NCBI RefSeq assembly: GCF_000142905.1
Contig: NW_013657639.1
Location: 222,559 to 286,558 of the forward strand
Direction of reading: 5' to 3'
Length of the DNA: 64,000 nucleotides
Source: Thecamonas trahens ATCC 50062
Taxonomy: Eukaryota; Protista; Apusomonadida
Part shown: in pieces, positions 42,501 to 54,420 of the stretch
Layout: each line of letters opens with the position of its first letter
Numbering within the stretch: the stretch's first letter is position 1
Position numbers and translations under genes: made by a program
The notes under the pieces: generated by a model
What the model saw: only the letters and a program-made list of their open reading frames with translations
The model's database searches: none
Told to the model about the DNA's origin: nothing

Positions 42501-44503
42501 ACGTCACGCCCGGGCCGCGGCCGGGCCTCCTGGGCATCCGCCTGGTGGAACGAGATGTACGCAAACGACCGGTGCGAGAGCCGGTGTGCCATCGTCGCCG
42601 CCCACGGATCGTGGTCAAAGGCCGGGAGCGGTGGGTGCCGCGCCGGCGCGTCGGCCTCGGGAAAGGTGGCCAGGACGACCGCAACCTTGCCGTGTCGGAC
42701 CGCCCGCCGAACACGGACAACCTTGGCGTTGTCATCGAGCGCAATCTTGCGCACCGGATTGTTGTCGCAGCGGAGGACGTGGAATGCCATCAGCCGCCAC
42801 CGGTCCGAGTACATGGCTGCAGCCTGCGGGAGCGCGTACGGCGCCACCACAGGCAGGAAGCCGCCCGGATGCAGCGGGTCGAGGAGCGTGTGGATGACCA
42901 CGCCGTGGATGGCCGGCGCACCTTGGCTCCCGCCACCAGAAAACAGCCCGCCGGCCAACTCGTTCCCACCGCTCCCGCCGCCCGCCGCGTACAGTCCGTC
43001 GACGAGTGCCGCGAGCTGGGGCGGCGTCGAAAGCGGCAGCAGATTGCCGGTCGACGAGCGGAGCGGGGTTGCCGCTTGCGCGCAAGGCGCCGCAAGCGGC
43101 GGCGGGACACAAAACGCCACGTAGTTGAACCGGCGGTGCATGACAAAGTCACTCGGCGGCGAGAACGGGAGCTGCGCCTGCTGGACGAGTCCGACAAGCT
43201 TGAGCCGTGAGTCACGTCGCCCGAGCCCGAGCTTCCATCCGGCGAGATCGCCGGCCGTCGAAAGGGTGAGGACGAGCGGCGAGAGCGGGTGGAAGCGGAT
43301 GGTGGCGAGTGGCGGAAGCGCCGCCCGGACAGCGAGAAGCTGGGCCTCAGCAGCGCCGCCGACGTCCCACGCCGCTAGCCGGCCGCCGGCCGAGCCGACA
43401 ACGAGGATGTCCTTGTACGGGTGAAAAGCAAGGGCAGTGACCGGCGAGCGAAGCTTCTTCTTGACCGGATCACCGGCGTACTCGTCGGCGGCATAGCGGC
43501 AGGTGTGCGAGCCGTACTCGTAGAGGCGGACAACGCCCTTGCGGTCGCCAGCGGCGAGCAGCGGCTTGGAGGCATGGACCGCCAGAGCTGTCACTGACCG
43601 CTTCCCGCCATCAAAGGTCTCCAACTGTGGCGCCGGCGCACCAAGGTCGAGCATGTAGATGGCTGGGCCGTCGTCCGGGACCATAAAGGCCAATGGGCGG
43701 AGCGGTGAGGTGGCAAGGACCGAGAGCGGCGACGGCAGCGAGTAGACCGAGACCAGGGCGTAGGTGTCGAGATCGTAGACCCTGATCGAGTCTGGAAGGG
43801 CAACGAGGAGAAAGTGATGCGAGAGGAGAGTAGCCAGGTGCGTAGGATGAGAGGCCGTGGGGAGAAAGGCCATGTCAGCTCTTGAGCCCAGCTCGACCAC
43901 CCGAACACCAGCACGAAGACCAGCAAAGGCCGGCGCAGCCGAAGCTGCTGCCGATGATGACAACAATCCAGATACTGAGCTCCGACCATGAGCCGAGACA
44001 TTCCCCCGAGATCCAACCAGCCGGCCAGTACCACCAACGATATGACCACCACCACCACCACCACCACCACCACCACCGCCACCACCGCGACCAGCAACAG
44101 CAGCAACAGCAGCAACAGAAGCAGCCGCAGCAAGACCTCCACCAGTACCACCAGTTCCCGAACCCGAACCAATACCAATACCAGCACTACTTCCACCAGC
44201 CAAGGAGACGACATCCACCACATGATTGTTAGACGATGACGTAGGACGACCATGAGTATGACCATGATGATGACCATAATGATGACCATGATGATGACTT
44301 GTCTTGGTACCATTGATGTTGATGTTGGCATTGACATGATTATTGTTGTTGTTGTTGTTGTTGTTGCTGTGGCCACTCCCTGCCCCGCCACTACTTCCAG
44401 CTGATGTTCCTGCTGTCCTCCTCGTCCCGCCTGTGCAACCTGTCCGACTACCTATGTACACCACACGGGCAAGGGGATGGAAGGCCACACTCCCACCATT
44501 CAC
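39578..44503 (-). CDS. TTRAY2: TSET/TPLATE complex WD40 coat subunit TTRAY2 (TWD40-2/tstF-like)
   Basis: WD40 repeats; GRDVVFVG, RVFATP, SAVWLAGTLLYST, LPDRLV, VGMLEP, YDGLRVS recall TWD40-2 motifs; alpha-COP-like C-terminus with CxxC...CxxC. The 5' end is uncertain. Confidence 0.75.
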   Translation of the reverse strand: MNGGSVAFHPLARVVYIGSRTGCTGGTRRTAGTSAGSSGGAGSGHSNNNNNNNNNHVNANININGTKTSHHHGHHYGHHHGHTHGRPTSSSNNHVVDVVSLAGGSSAGIGIGSGSGTGGTGGGLAAAASVAAVAAVAGRGGGGGGGGGGGGGGHIVGGTGRLVGSRGNVSAHGRSSVSGLLSSSAAASAAPAFAGLRAGVRVVELGSRADMAFLPTASHPTHLATLLSHHFLLVALPDSIRVYDLDTYALVSVYSLPSPLSVLATSPLRPLAFMVPDDGPAIYMLDLGAPAPQLETFDGGKRSVTALAVHASKPLLAAGDRKGVVRLYEYGSHTCRYAADEYAGDPVKKKLRSPVTALAFHPYKDILVVGSAGGRLAAWDVGGAAEAQLLAVRAALPPLATIRFHPLSPLVLTLSTAGDLAGWKLGLGRRDSRLKLVGLVQQAQLPFSPPSDFVMHRRFNYVAFCVPPPLAAPCAQAATPLRSSTGNLLPLSTPPQLAALVDGLYAAGGGSGGNELAGGLFSGGGSQGAPAIHGVVIHTLLDPLHPGGFLPVVAPYALPQAAAMYSDRWRLMAFHVLRCDNNPVRKIALDDNAKVVRVRRAVRHGKVAVVLATFPEADAPARHPPLPAFDHDPWAATMAHRLSHRSFAYISFHQADAQEARPRPGRDVVFVGEGGDAMLVLGPHGKSATVAATADETQLAAFALDNVWHRVFATPLRGARVVLYYDIVARLLVPSANIDSLVHPPNAYMPSSALPLPLGPVRDPHASLPAPSPAAPHIRLPPQTVVSDVVWDTSGQLGAVVTPSLLLVVDSTLAVLTSYASSRASELVPFFLSAVWLAGTLLYSTPVGVGYLTPGGYAGRVCSLDLVDVVLVAGLPDRLVYAHRVKKRVTVGYHAVGMLEPRLAGKLYGSAGSGAVSASALLELMESYDGLRVSRSFIDKLRSGATAVERELALALLLARIGASSDCGQDELVAVALELAGELGAFGPASQLVKSVQASGGGDGAHGALCRLGSAAATAGALSLAHLCYVVAGEWWAEWLLRVEAGEKVPPRPKAPGSLPAVQLANLAPPRTSALGLAPESVARTTRVSVAIADDGSVGSGRHGMPSAGSPLPLGSPGAAASPRGTVSSFGGSSFRDLLAAHSPPPQTTSVPPAAAAPVIAEQTIMSELDALELDSLEVWVASRGGEIDRRGEGIGGLEFDRDSAATSSVLHSMGSAASVSGFGGAYAARMEVSDDDLGCGSGGSGAGGSGSGSGSGSREGYHYDEAGRLVDAEGYVVRPAAPVTADLAGEGSDASASSSSSGFGARPAAIRVRIRTQEEMAAAAAAAAADVAAIPKLGELGVGARRRARRRARRGRDSWSSSSDGGEPEPQPVERPATAVPAGIPKLGELSVGGQRRARRRARRARDSWSSSSDGRQECGDVDAGASAATTGSVPTTTPPPSVAPVSTATPPATPPRMQPPGPRPPSPSPSVASSLSMMSTVSSDMSEAARLLRAAMRALESGSLSKCQKAAVAALSAARERKQARVCAGYVVAARLLKALKRVERDGKAGEAAALAARLAALPLHRKHRAVMRELASARDGAVAPHGMSVDDLAGAVAPSADVAECSWCGVRTARPSGVPLPSISRLEQRCQVCGFQQP

Positions 44504-44794
44504 ATGGGGACTACCACATGGAAATAGCTCCGTGTGGGTGGGAAGGTAGGGGGAAGTATGAAGGTATGACGTGAGGAGGGAGGAGGGAGGGGAGCGGCGT
44601 GAGGTGGGTCAAGTGGCGTGCAAGTGGTACAGTGCGGGGGCGGTAGGGTAGGCAGCGGACGGACCGTTTGAGCCGAGTGGCGACCGAGTGACACGTGTGG
44701 TGGCAGCAGAGGGCGAGATGGGCACGATGGGAGAGGAGGGAAAGGGAGGCAGGGCGGGGAAGCAGGGAGGGGGGGGGGGGGGGGGCGGTGTGAT

Positions 44795-46161
44795 TTAGAT
44801 CCTGTTCTTAAACTTGACCAGCTTAAAGAGGACTTCCTGGAGGATCTGCTTGCCAGAGCGCGGGGCACCGGTATCCTTGTTAGTGACAGGCATACCGAGG
44901 ACGTCACCACAGGCGCGAACGTAGTACTCGAGCTCGTCAGCGTTTTCGTCACCGGCAGTGCAGTTGTTGGTGAGCTGGGCAAGGCGGACGCGCTCGGTGG
45001 CAAAGGCACCGTCGAGGTCAAAGAGCTCGAGAGCCGGCGGCTTAGCGCCGCGGAGCTCGGGCGGGAAGAGGGCGGGCTGGAGCGGCGGGAGCGGGACTTC
45101 GAGCTCGGGCGGGATGAGAGTAAGCGGCTCGTCCTTGACGGAGAGCTCAACAAAGAGGTCCGAGACAGCAGGAAGAAGGTCGAGGTCGAGGCCGACGGGC
45201 TCTAGCTCAAAAAGCTCCTCAAAGGCGGCCGGTAGCGGGTCTGCGTCCTCAAGACAGGAGCGGAGGCGGACAGCGAGCGCCTCGGTGTCGGGCACCAGAT
45301 ACGGCGGACTCACGTCTGGGTTTTCCTCATCCACCTTGTTGAGGGCAAGTTCGCCGGCGAGAACCTTGACGAGGCCGTCAAGAACCTCGGCGTTGGCTGG
45401 GACGCGGGCAAGCCACGAGTCGGAAATCATATCGATCGAGGCGATGGCCAGGATCTGACCACCGGCCGAGCCGACCGAGACGCGAGCGGCAATCGGCTGG
45501 TTGAGCGGGTACGAAGCCTCGCCCGAGGCGAGGAGCGGAGCAGCCGGCGGTTCGACGTTGATCGAGGCGCCGCGCGGGTAGACAAACGGCACACGCGGAA
45601 GAACACGATTGAGCACGCCGTCAGCGACATACACCTCCTTGGGATGGCGACACTCACCCGAATATGCTGTCGCCACCACGGCATCAGGGTTAACTCGCAT
45701 GCCAAACTCCTCCAGCAAGTAGTTGATGTTGGTCCCAGCCGCCTTCTCACCACCTTCGCCAAGGAGCACCACCACGGTCGCACCTCGGGCCACAGCGGCG
45801 CGAAGGGCGTCGAGCTCAGTCTTGGAGAACCTCTTACGTGGGCCACCCAGCAGCACTCCTCCACATCCTTGCAGCGCCTCACTCAGTCCACGCGTGTTCT
45901 CCTTGACCTGTGCGTGCGGGGAGGGGGGTGGGGGGAGGGGGGGGGAAGAGGGGGTGGGGGGAGGCGGTGAGGCTGTTTTTGGCGCGCGGGTGGGACAAAG
46001 GGCAGGGGGGGGGGGGGGGAGGGGGAGGGGAGGAGGAGGGGAGGAGGACGTACTGTGTAGTGTGCAGAGAGTGCGGCAAGGAACTTTGTATGTGTGGCAG
46101 AGGTTACGGTCGCTGCTTCGTCCTTGGTTGTGTTCACCACAAGCGTCGGTGGCTGTGACAT
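44795..46161 (-). CDS. IFT52: Intraflagellar transport protein 52 (exons 46161-46054 and 45907-44795)
   Basis: GPRKRFS.TE, GEGGE, TNINYLLEEFG, HPKEVYVADGVLNR, FVYPRGASINV, PLPPLQPALFPP, ELFDLD; phase-0 GTACGT..CAG intron 45908-46053. Confidence 0.93.
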
Positions 46162-47368
46162 GGTGTCCCGTCGTGTGACTACTGGCTGATCAACGTCAAA
46201 AGGCCAAACTTGGTTTCCACCGTTTGGCGACGAGTGATAGCCCTTCGTAATGCTAACCGTGAAAAAATGAGGCAAGTGATGGGTACTTGATGACTCTGCT
46301 TCACATTGCCATTGATGAGAGAGCCGCATTAGACTGGAGACGTAGCCTGGCTTGCCCGGCTCACTCGGCTTGCTCAATCAGTGAGCTGTGGGAGGAAAAG
46401 GCTCTCATCTGGTTTGCGATCCAAGGTCTGAGGTCTTGCGATTGGGTTATGCCTGAGAGACTGGACATCAAAGCCTCGTCCCATGGGATCCTCCTTCATC
46501 CTGGAAAGGGAGGGGGTGGCTAGCAATGGTTGGATGATCGTGGACTAGTGCGAGGTGTTATTGAATCCATCGCTCGATGTTGGAGTTGGAGGGTGGTGTG
46601 CGTGTAAAACAGGTGGCGATGACCTGGTGCGTGATCACGTGTCCGCTTTTTCGCAAACGGCGCAAAAGCCATGGAGCTGACAGTGTGGCGAATGTCCAGG
46701 CAGCACCATCGTTATCATCTCAACATCGTACCAGCATCAAAGCAAAGTCGAGTTGAACCAGCTCTCTCCCTGTTGGGAAGAAGACAATGTGTCGCATTGC
46801 GCACCGGCAATGCCTGACCGGGTGTTGGACGAGGCGATCGTCACCAGCACAGCCTTCGGCAACACTCGCAACACTCGCTCATCATCGCAATACATACCGA
46901 TGGTCGGTGGCAAGCGGATGTAAACACCCAATAGCTCATCACCCTCACCATCACACCAAGATCGGCTACTGCGACCGTAGTCGAGCCCGGGAAAAGACGG
47001 GCGGAGCGCCAACACGGGCCGACCGCTTTTTACTCCAAACCAGCAACAAGCTGCTGTCTGCGATCGTAGCACGCCATTGATTGAGAGACAGCGATGAGCA
47101 CCGTATATAGGCGAGAGGAGATTGGTCTGATGAGAGAGGGGCCAAAACAGAGAGAGAGACATCAATAACGTCATGAAATAGCCGACCACTGCCTCTTCCC
47201 GACTACATACATGTTTATGTAGTGGGCTTTTATCACGGCAGTGTGTCACGTGGGCGAAATCCCCGCCAATGGCTCTCCACGCCACTCGGCCGACGGGGCC
47301 AAGTCGCACACGCGGAGACGCGAGCGAGCGAACATCTCTCTCTCTCTCTCTCTCGCAAGTGAGAGTGA

Positions 47369-50013
47369 ATGGCGCAGAGTGGCAGAGAGCAAGGAGCGGC
47401 AAGCGTGTGGCGTAATGGGTGGGTGGTAAAGAGCGCGGTGCAGACGTGGCATCTGCTACGGTTCAAGGAGGTGGTTCTCGTCCGACGGAGGTGGCTCTCG
47501 AGCGTGGTCCAGCTCCTCCCGCCGATCTTCCTTCTCTCGCTTCTGTTTATCCTCCAACATACGGTGGTACCTGAGGCTCCCTCGCTCAACCCGCCTGCTG
47601 TCCCGTTCCCGTCCGAGTTTCCGTCTTGCTCCCCGCGGAAAGGCGCTACGTGTCTGGATCTGGTCTGGGGCCCAGAGAGTGATCCGGTGGCGGCCGGTAT
47701 CGTGGCTTCGTTTGGCGTGGCCGAAGCAAAGCAGAGAGCCTTTGGCTCGCGGGACAAGCTCATCGATTGGGTCATCGCCCATCCAAACACCACCTCGGCG
47801 GCGGTCTACTTCAACTCGACAGGCGAGGCGCGGGTGAGCATTCCAAGTCAGCCCGAAAAGCTGGCCCGGGCGCTGCGGGTGGAGATCCTGACAAACTCGA
47901 CAACCAAGGCCGAGCTGTGGCGGCCGCGGATTCTGCGCCTGGTGCAGGAGCAGTTGATGGGGGCAGCGGTGTCAGCCAACGGGAGCGCGCTGACTGCGGG
48001 CGACCTTGGGAAGCCGTATGTCCTCGACTGCGCTTGGCAGGAGATCCCGATTCTGGCAACGTCGCCCAAGACCAATGCGGTGCAGATCGGCGGGGCGTCG
48101 TTTGTCTTTACCGGCATTGCGTTTGCCATGATTGCCATGATGCGTGGGGTGGTGGCTGAGCGCGAGAGTGGGCAGCGGCTGATGCTCAAGACGATGGGCG
48201 TGGTGGACGGGGCGTACTGGGCGGCGGGCTACGTCGTCAACGGAGTGCTGGCATGTGTGGCGGCACTGCTGACGTACGTTACGGGGGTGGCGTATCGGTT
48301 CACGCTCTTTACGCAGACAAACGGCGGCGGGCTTGTCCTCCTGCTAGTGTGCTTCGGGCTGGCGACGGTGCCGCAGGCGTTCTTTGGCTCGGCGATGGTG
48401 GGCAAGTCGCGGACGGCGCTCATTGTGGGCATCCTCAACCTTGTGGTGGGGATGAACGTGGTGGCCGTCTTTGCGTCCAACTCGCTCATCTACCTCTTGT
48501 GGAAGTCGTCTGTCCAGGCTTGGGGCCGTGCTCTCCTCCTCATCCTCCTCCCTCCGCTCTCGTTCACCAAGGTTTGGGTCGACATGGTCAACGTGACGTA
48601 CGGCTACGCCGACTTTGGCGGCGGCTCGCGGATCTCTGCGCGGCGGTTTGAGTGGGCGGACATGCATCGGACAACTGCGGCGGCCAAGGCTTTCGACGCC
48701 GACATCGACGCGCCGCCGATTGAGAGCATCTACATGCTGCTGGCGTCTGCAGTAGTGTACGCGGTGGCGACTTGGTACGCCGACCAGGTCTTCTCCACCT
48801 CGCTCGGACTCCGGCGGCCATTTTACTTTTTGTCCTCCCTTCGTACTGGGGCCTCACGCGGGCAGCTCTCGAGAAAGAGACAAGCGAGCGGATTGAGCTG
48901 CTGGAGAGCGATGCAGACGATGTGGCGCGAGAGATGCGGGCGGCAGCGTCGATGAGCTCAGTGCTCTCGTTGGTCGGGGTGGTCAAGGTGTTCCAGCCGT
49001 CGCTGATGGAACGAGTGTGGCTGTTGCGGGCAGTGTACATGGTGACGGTGGGGTGGATGGCGGCGGTGGTCCGGTGTGCGACAGGCTCATCTAGGCAGAA
49101 ATCTTCATCTTCGGGGCCTGTCCGCGCTGTCGATGGACTCTATCTCAGCGTGGGCGAGGGCGAGCTCGTTGCGCTGCTGGGGCACAACGGAGCAGGTAAG
49201 ACGACGGCGATGAGCATTGTGACGGGTGGGCTGCGGGCCGACTCGGGCGTGGTCCGGTACAGCATTGACGGAGTCGAGTACTCGGTGGCGGCGCACGGCG
49301 ACGAGATCCATGGCCTTGTCTCAATCTGTAGGCAAGCGGACGTGCTGTGGGATGAGCTGAGCGCGGCCGAGCACGTTGCGCTTTTCTGCGTGCTGAGTGG
49401 TGTGGACGAGAGCGAAGTGGCGAGCGTAGTGGACGACGCGCTCGCGCGAGTCTCGCTCGGGAGCAAGGCCCACGAACGGGCCGGCACATTTTCGGGTGGG
49501 ATGAAGCGGCGGCTCTCTGTGGTGTTGGCGCTGGTGGGCCCGGCGCGGATGGTGCTCCTCGACGAGCCGACAACCGGCCTCGACCCGCTGCATCGGCGTG
49601 AGGTGTGGGAGATGATTGAGGAGGCCAAGGCCGAGAAGAGCATTCTCCTCACAACGCACTCGATGGAAGAGGCCGATGCGCTCGGTGATCGGATTGCGAT
49701 TGTGTCTGCCGGGCGGCTGATGGCGATCGGCGACGCCATGGAGCTCAAGTCTCGGTACGGGCTTGGGTACCATGTCAAGATCATGTGCGCGCCAGAGGCG
49801 TCCGATGCGATCGAGGCCGAGATCATCCGGCTCGGCGGCGAGGTCCATGACGCGGTGGCAGGCTCGATTGCCGCCTCTGTTCCACGGGTGAACCTTGTGG
49901 CGGTTGTGGCCCGGTATCTCGAGGAGCGAATGGAGTCTGGCAGCGTGGTGGACTTTGCCGTCTCGCACACAACACTAGAAGAGGTTTTCCTGAGGACCGC
50001 GCGACTGGAGTGA
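47369..50013 (+). CDS. ABCA-subfamily half transporter (TMD plus one NBD) with an apparent -1 frameshift near 48830
   Basis: ERESGQRLMLKTMG, GHNGAGKTT, FSGGMKRRLS, LLDEPTTGLDP, TTHSMEEAD, TTLEEVFL; PFYF(F)VLPSYW is split across two frames. Confidence 0.9.
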
Positions 50014-50439
50014 ATGAAAGCCCGCGGCAGCAGCACAATCGGCGTCATAAGTGGCACGTGGGTAATATGTGTGACCGAGGTTGTTGGTCATCGTGTGGGA
50101 GCGAGTGCAAGCCGCCGCCGTCGCTCGAGTTTGAGTCACCGCCGATGCGTGAGCCACATCGATAAAGGATTGTGTATATGTACATAGAAGCTGTTTGAAT
50201 ACATAGAAGCTGTTTGTTGTGACATGAGAGGCAGGAAAGGGGGTGGAGGGGGGAGGGGGAACGAGGCGAAGCGAAGAAAAAGTCGCAAAAAAAAAAAGCA
50301 AGTTCCAGGCGCTGCGTGCTGTTGACAGGCGGTCATGCGTGGGGGGGGGGGGGGGGGAGGGGGGGGGGAGGAGATACACAGCACTTGTTTTACGGACGTG
50401 ATGTGGCAGAGTAGTTGTGGAAGAGAGAGAGTGGTGCAG

Positions 50440-51977
50440 ATGTGGGTGATGGTGGTGTGGGGTGTGGCGGTGGTGGTGTGGGGTGTGGCGGTGGTGGTGG
50501 AGGGTTACAACAACGGTCTTGGTGCCACGCCGCCCATGGGATGGTCAACAGTATGTTGCAGAGCGCGGAGAGGGGCGGAGGGGGGGGGGGGGGACTACCC
50601 CAGCAGAGGATCATTTTGGTCATTGCGCCGAGGACCAGAGTGGTGCCGGCAGTGATGGGCAACAGAGTGGCGAAAGGAAGTACCGTGGACAGATCTGGGC
50701 TCTGTGGCGCATATGGCTTGCTCTCGCTGTGCCTGGCGGGTTCACATCAGAGAGGAGGATGAGTACTCATTGGTGGACGATGTTGATAATACTGATGTGG
50801 GGGGCTGGCGCTGGGTCTGGGGCGGGGGCGGGCGCTGGCGCTGGCGCTGGGGAGGTAGTGGTGCACGGATGATCCGTTCTGTGCCTTTGATACCTGCGAC
50901 GAAGTGGAGGTGCGGTCGATTGCTGATGCTCTAGTCGACTCGGGTCTCTCCAAGCTTGGCTACACTACCATTTTGCTCGACGACTGCTGGGCTGACTTCA
51001 ACCGGACGGCTGAAGGCAAGCTCCAGCCGCTGCCCAAGACCTTTCCGTCCGGTATTCCGGCTCTGGTTCGCTACCTCGGTGATCGCGGGCTGGGACTTGG
51101 CCTTTACACCGATGTGGGAACGACGACATGCCGCAAGGGCCGGCCCGGATCGTACGGGCACTACGAAACTGATGCAGCGACGTTTGCAGAGTGGGGTCTC
51201 TCGTACGTCAAGATCGACAACTGCGCACGGCCGGGCGGGAAGACCGAGGTCGAGCTGTACTCGGCGTTTTCTGCGGCGCTCAACGCAACGGGCCACCCGA
51301 TGTACATCGGGATGTGCGAGTGGGGCGACAACCACCCGGAGGAGTGGGCACCGGCGATTGTGCAGGGCTACCGGGTGCAGCAAGACCATCTCCCGTTTGC
51401 CAAGTTTCCGCCGCTCGCCGCCGGAGCCGGGCTCGGGCAAGGCGTGGTCGACGTCATCGAATACATGGCGTACCTACAGCCGTCGCGGCATGTGGCGCCG
51501 TACGCGTGGATGGATCCGGACTTTCTCATGACCATGTACGAGCCGACAATGCCACGTGGAGTGTCGCGGATGGAGTTCTCCATGTGGGCCATGTGGAGTG
51601 CGCCGCTCATTACCGCCACCGACGTCCGGCACATGTCGCACGACAAGCGCGAGATCCTGACGAACACCGAGGTCCTTGCCATCCATTCGGACCCGCTCTG
51701 GCATGCCGCTGATCTGGTGGCCAACGTCTCGGGCGGGCATGTGTGGGCGCGGCCGCTCGCAGACGGCGACATCGCCGTTGCACTCCTCAACTTTCACGAC
51801 TTTCTCCCGCGCATCCTCAAGTTTGACTTTGCCGCCGTCGGCTGGCCGGCCGGTCAATCCGCAGAGCTCCGCGATCTCTGGGCCCACGCCTCGCTCGGCG
51901 TGCATTCAACCGGCTACGCCCATACCGTTGGCCCGCTCGATCTGCTGCTGGTGCGAATGAGCAAGGCGCAGAGGTGA
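50440..51977 (+). CDS. GH27 alpha-galactosidase, secreted (exons 50440-50550 and 50859-51977)
   Basis: Signal-like N-terminus; NNGLGATPPMGWST|WCTDD joined across a GTATGT..TAG intron; LDDCW, YVKIDNC, WMDPDFL, WAMWSAPL, RDLW. Confidence 0.92.
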
Positions 51978-52398
51978 ACAGACTTGATGCTTACACTACA
52001 TACTGACGTTGGAAGGTTGAGGTGTTGTGGCGACATGCCGTGACAGTCGGGCGGGCGGATGTGCGGCTCGACGTAGACATGGGCAAACTCCTCGAGCACC
52101 CGGTCGGAGGACGCAGAGAGTGTTCTGGGTCATCTCACTCTGCAACCTTGAAGAAGGCCAAGAGTATGTGGTGGGGTGAAGGGGGGGGGGGGGGGAGGGA
52201 GTGAGGGAATGGGTGGAGGTGAGGGTGAGGAGGAGATCTGTGGCGTGATGTGTCTATGGATGGGCTTGGATGGGCTTGGATTGGCCTGGATATGGACTGA
52301 CTCGGGATGCTGTTGCGGCGAGTGGTGTGGTGGGCGATGTTGTGGTGGGGTGGTGGGGCGGTATTGTGGTGAGTGATGGGTGGACAGACAGGGACGAG

Positions 52399-53472
52399 AT
52401 GCTCGACAAGCTGCCAGTGGAGCTGCTGCAGGTCATCGCCTTTCGTCAGAGTCATGCGCTTGCAGGGCGAGATGTTGTGGCGATGGCGATGACGTGCAAG
52501 CGTATGCATGGGGCGGTGCTGGGATCGCGGTTTGTGCGGCGGCTGGCGACGGCGATGAGCGGATATGACGCATGCATCGCGCACGGGGAGTGGGGCGGCG
52601 CGCAGCTTGCGCTGTCGCGGCTCAATCCGCAGCCAGTAGTAAGGTTCTGGCAGAAGAAGAGTCGAGTCGAGCCGGTGTTTGCGGTTGCGGGCGAGGCTGC
52701 AGACGACAGCATGTGGCAGGCGCTGGTGATCGAGCTCGCGCGGGCTCGCGCTGTTGTGGCCAGGCAGACACAAGTCGGAGCCGAGCTTGGCTCGCGGCGT
52801 GGGCTCTCGCCCAATGCCTTCTACCCGCGGCTCTCGGTGGCGGCGCTGGCGGTCGAGGCCGGGCTGATAGGCCTCGCGCTCAAGGTTCTCCCGCTCACCG
52901 ATGAAGCAGGGCGCGGATGCACTCTGGTGGCGGCGGCCGGGCGTGGTGAGGCCAGTGTCGTCATGGCTGTTCTGAGAGAGTCGCCGACGCCGGGGACTGT
53001 GTACCTCGAGACAGCAATCGCGCACGCTGCGTTCAAGAACAATGTCGGCATCCTCGAGGCGCTACTGGCGCAACCAAGCGGATCGCCAAGCGGAGACAAC
53101 CATCTCGCAGTGGTGGCTGCAGCGGGTGCTGGCGCTTATGACGCGGTCGAGCTCCTGCTCGCTGACGGGCGGAGCGATCCGTCTGCGCGCGGGAACCGGG
53201 CGATCTACGACGCCGCCGCCGGTGGACATGCCGACGTGGTGGCGCTGCTGCTGAGTGAAGAGCGGGTCAATCCCAACGCACGCAATCGGTGGCCGGTGTG
53301 TGCGGCGGCGGCAAACGGGCACGTCGCCGTGGTCAAGCTCCTGCTGAACGATCCGCGGGTCGATGCAAGGGTGAGGCGCGGAGAAGCGCTGCGGCTGGCC
53401 GAGGACGGTGGGCATGCAGAGGTTGTGGCGGTGTTGAGGGCATGGCTGGGCGAGTCCGCAACAGCCACTTGA
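52399..53472 (+). CDS. F-box-like plus ankyrin repeat protein (DPRVD-type ankyrins)
   Basis: MLDKLPVELLQVIA...MAMTCKRMH; repeats GHADVVALLLSEERVNP and GHVAVVKLLLNDPRVDA. Confidence 0.8.
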   Translation: MLDKLPVELLQVIAFRQSHALAGRDVVAMAMTCKRMHGAVLGSRFVRRLATAMSGYDACIAHGEWGGAQLALSRLNPQPVVRFWQKKSRVEPVFAVAGEAADDSMWQALVIELARARAVVARQTQVGAELGSRRGLSPNAFYPRLSVAALAVEAGLIGLALKVLPLTDEAGRGCTLVAAAGRGEASVVMAVLRESPTPGTVYLETAIAHAAFKNNVGILEALLAQPSGSPSGDNHLAVVAAAGAGAYDAVELLLADGRSDPSARGNRAIYDAAAGGHADVVALLLSEERVNPNARNRWPVCAAAANGHVAVVKLLLNDPRVDARVRRGEALRLAEDGGHAEVVAVLRAWLGESATAT

Positions 53473-53917
53473 GCCAGTCTGAAGGCTTGCCTGTGCAGGG
53501 ACGTAACAGAAACTGGTCGAGAACTGATTGCTGCGCTTGCCGGTGAGCTTGATGCGTTTATCGGTAGGCGTTGACAGTGCACGCGGGTCGAGGAGCTGGT
53601 CGCCCGGCGCCGCAACGGACACTCGCAGCGATTGCTGCCTCTCTAGCATATGCAACAGCACAACGATATGATGTACGTGGTAATTTGGGTCTGTCAGGCT
53701 TTTCTAGGCCTGCTCCGAACCAGCATCGGCTTGGGATGCAGCGTTTGCAGCTCGAGTGCAGCGACGATCTCTGGCTGACGTCTCACCCCCGGGACACCCG
53801 CCGCTCGACTTGTCGATTGACAAAAAACGTCTTTGCCGCGGGATCAGGAACTCCACCGAGCTCTGGCCAGACGCTAGCACTAGCACTTCGGCCAGCTGGT
53901 CGTGGTCGTCGACGTTG

Positions 53918-53944
53918 TCGTGGCCGTGGTCATGGTCGTGGTCA

Positions 53945-53983
<39 letters not shown>

Positions 53984-54000
53984 CCGCGGCCGCGGCCGTG
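53918..54000. repeat. (GTCGTG)n hexanucleotide microsatellite
   Basis: Directly visible; reads (HD)n in one minus-strand frame. Confidence 0.85.
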
Positions 54001-54420
54001 GGTCAACCACGGCCGCGGTAACCACATCACCGGGCAGTGTCGATAGCCTCAGGCCTCCAAGCCAAAGGGCGGGTACACGTGCACTGTGTGCCGCAAGGTG
54101 GACAACCACTGGTGCTACAACTGTCGGTACCGGTGATTGATGAGCCCTCGCTCGCCAACCGCATCTTTTTGCTTCCCCAGTTCTCTATGATGAAATCTCG
54201 CTGGGAGATGACCAGGCTGGATGTATGGCAGGCTAGGGAGGAGAAGATCTCGCTGGCGATGAGGAGGGGGGAGGGGAGGGGATGACGGAAGAGAGAGACA
54301 GATAGAGGGGACGATGAGCTGCCTTTGTGGTAACCACGCAAGCGGACAAGCGGGCAAGCGGGTAAACGGGCAAGCGGGAGATGGGCGGTGGCGAGGTGGC
54401 CGTACCACCTAGCCGTACCA

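Noticed and set aside
46200-47360. Coding or ncRNA content in the IFT52-ABCA divergent intergenic region, including the 221-aa ORF
   Set aside because: There are no recognisable motifs or host-like codon bias, and no RNA structure I can support.
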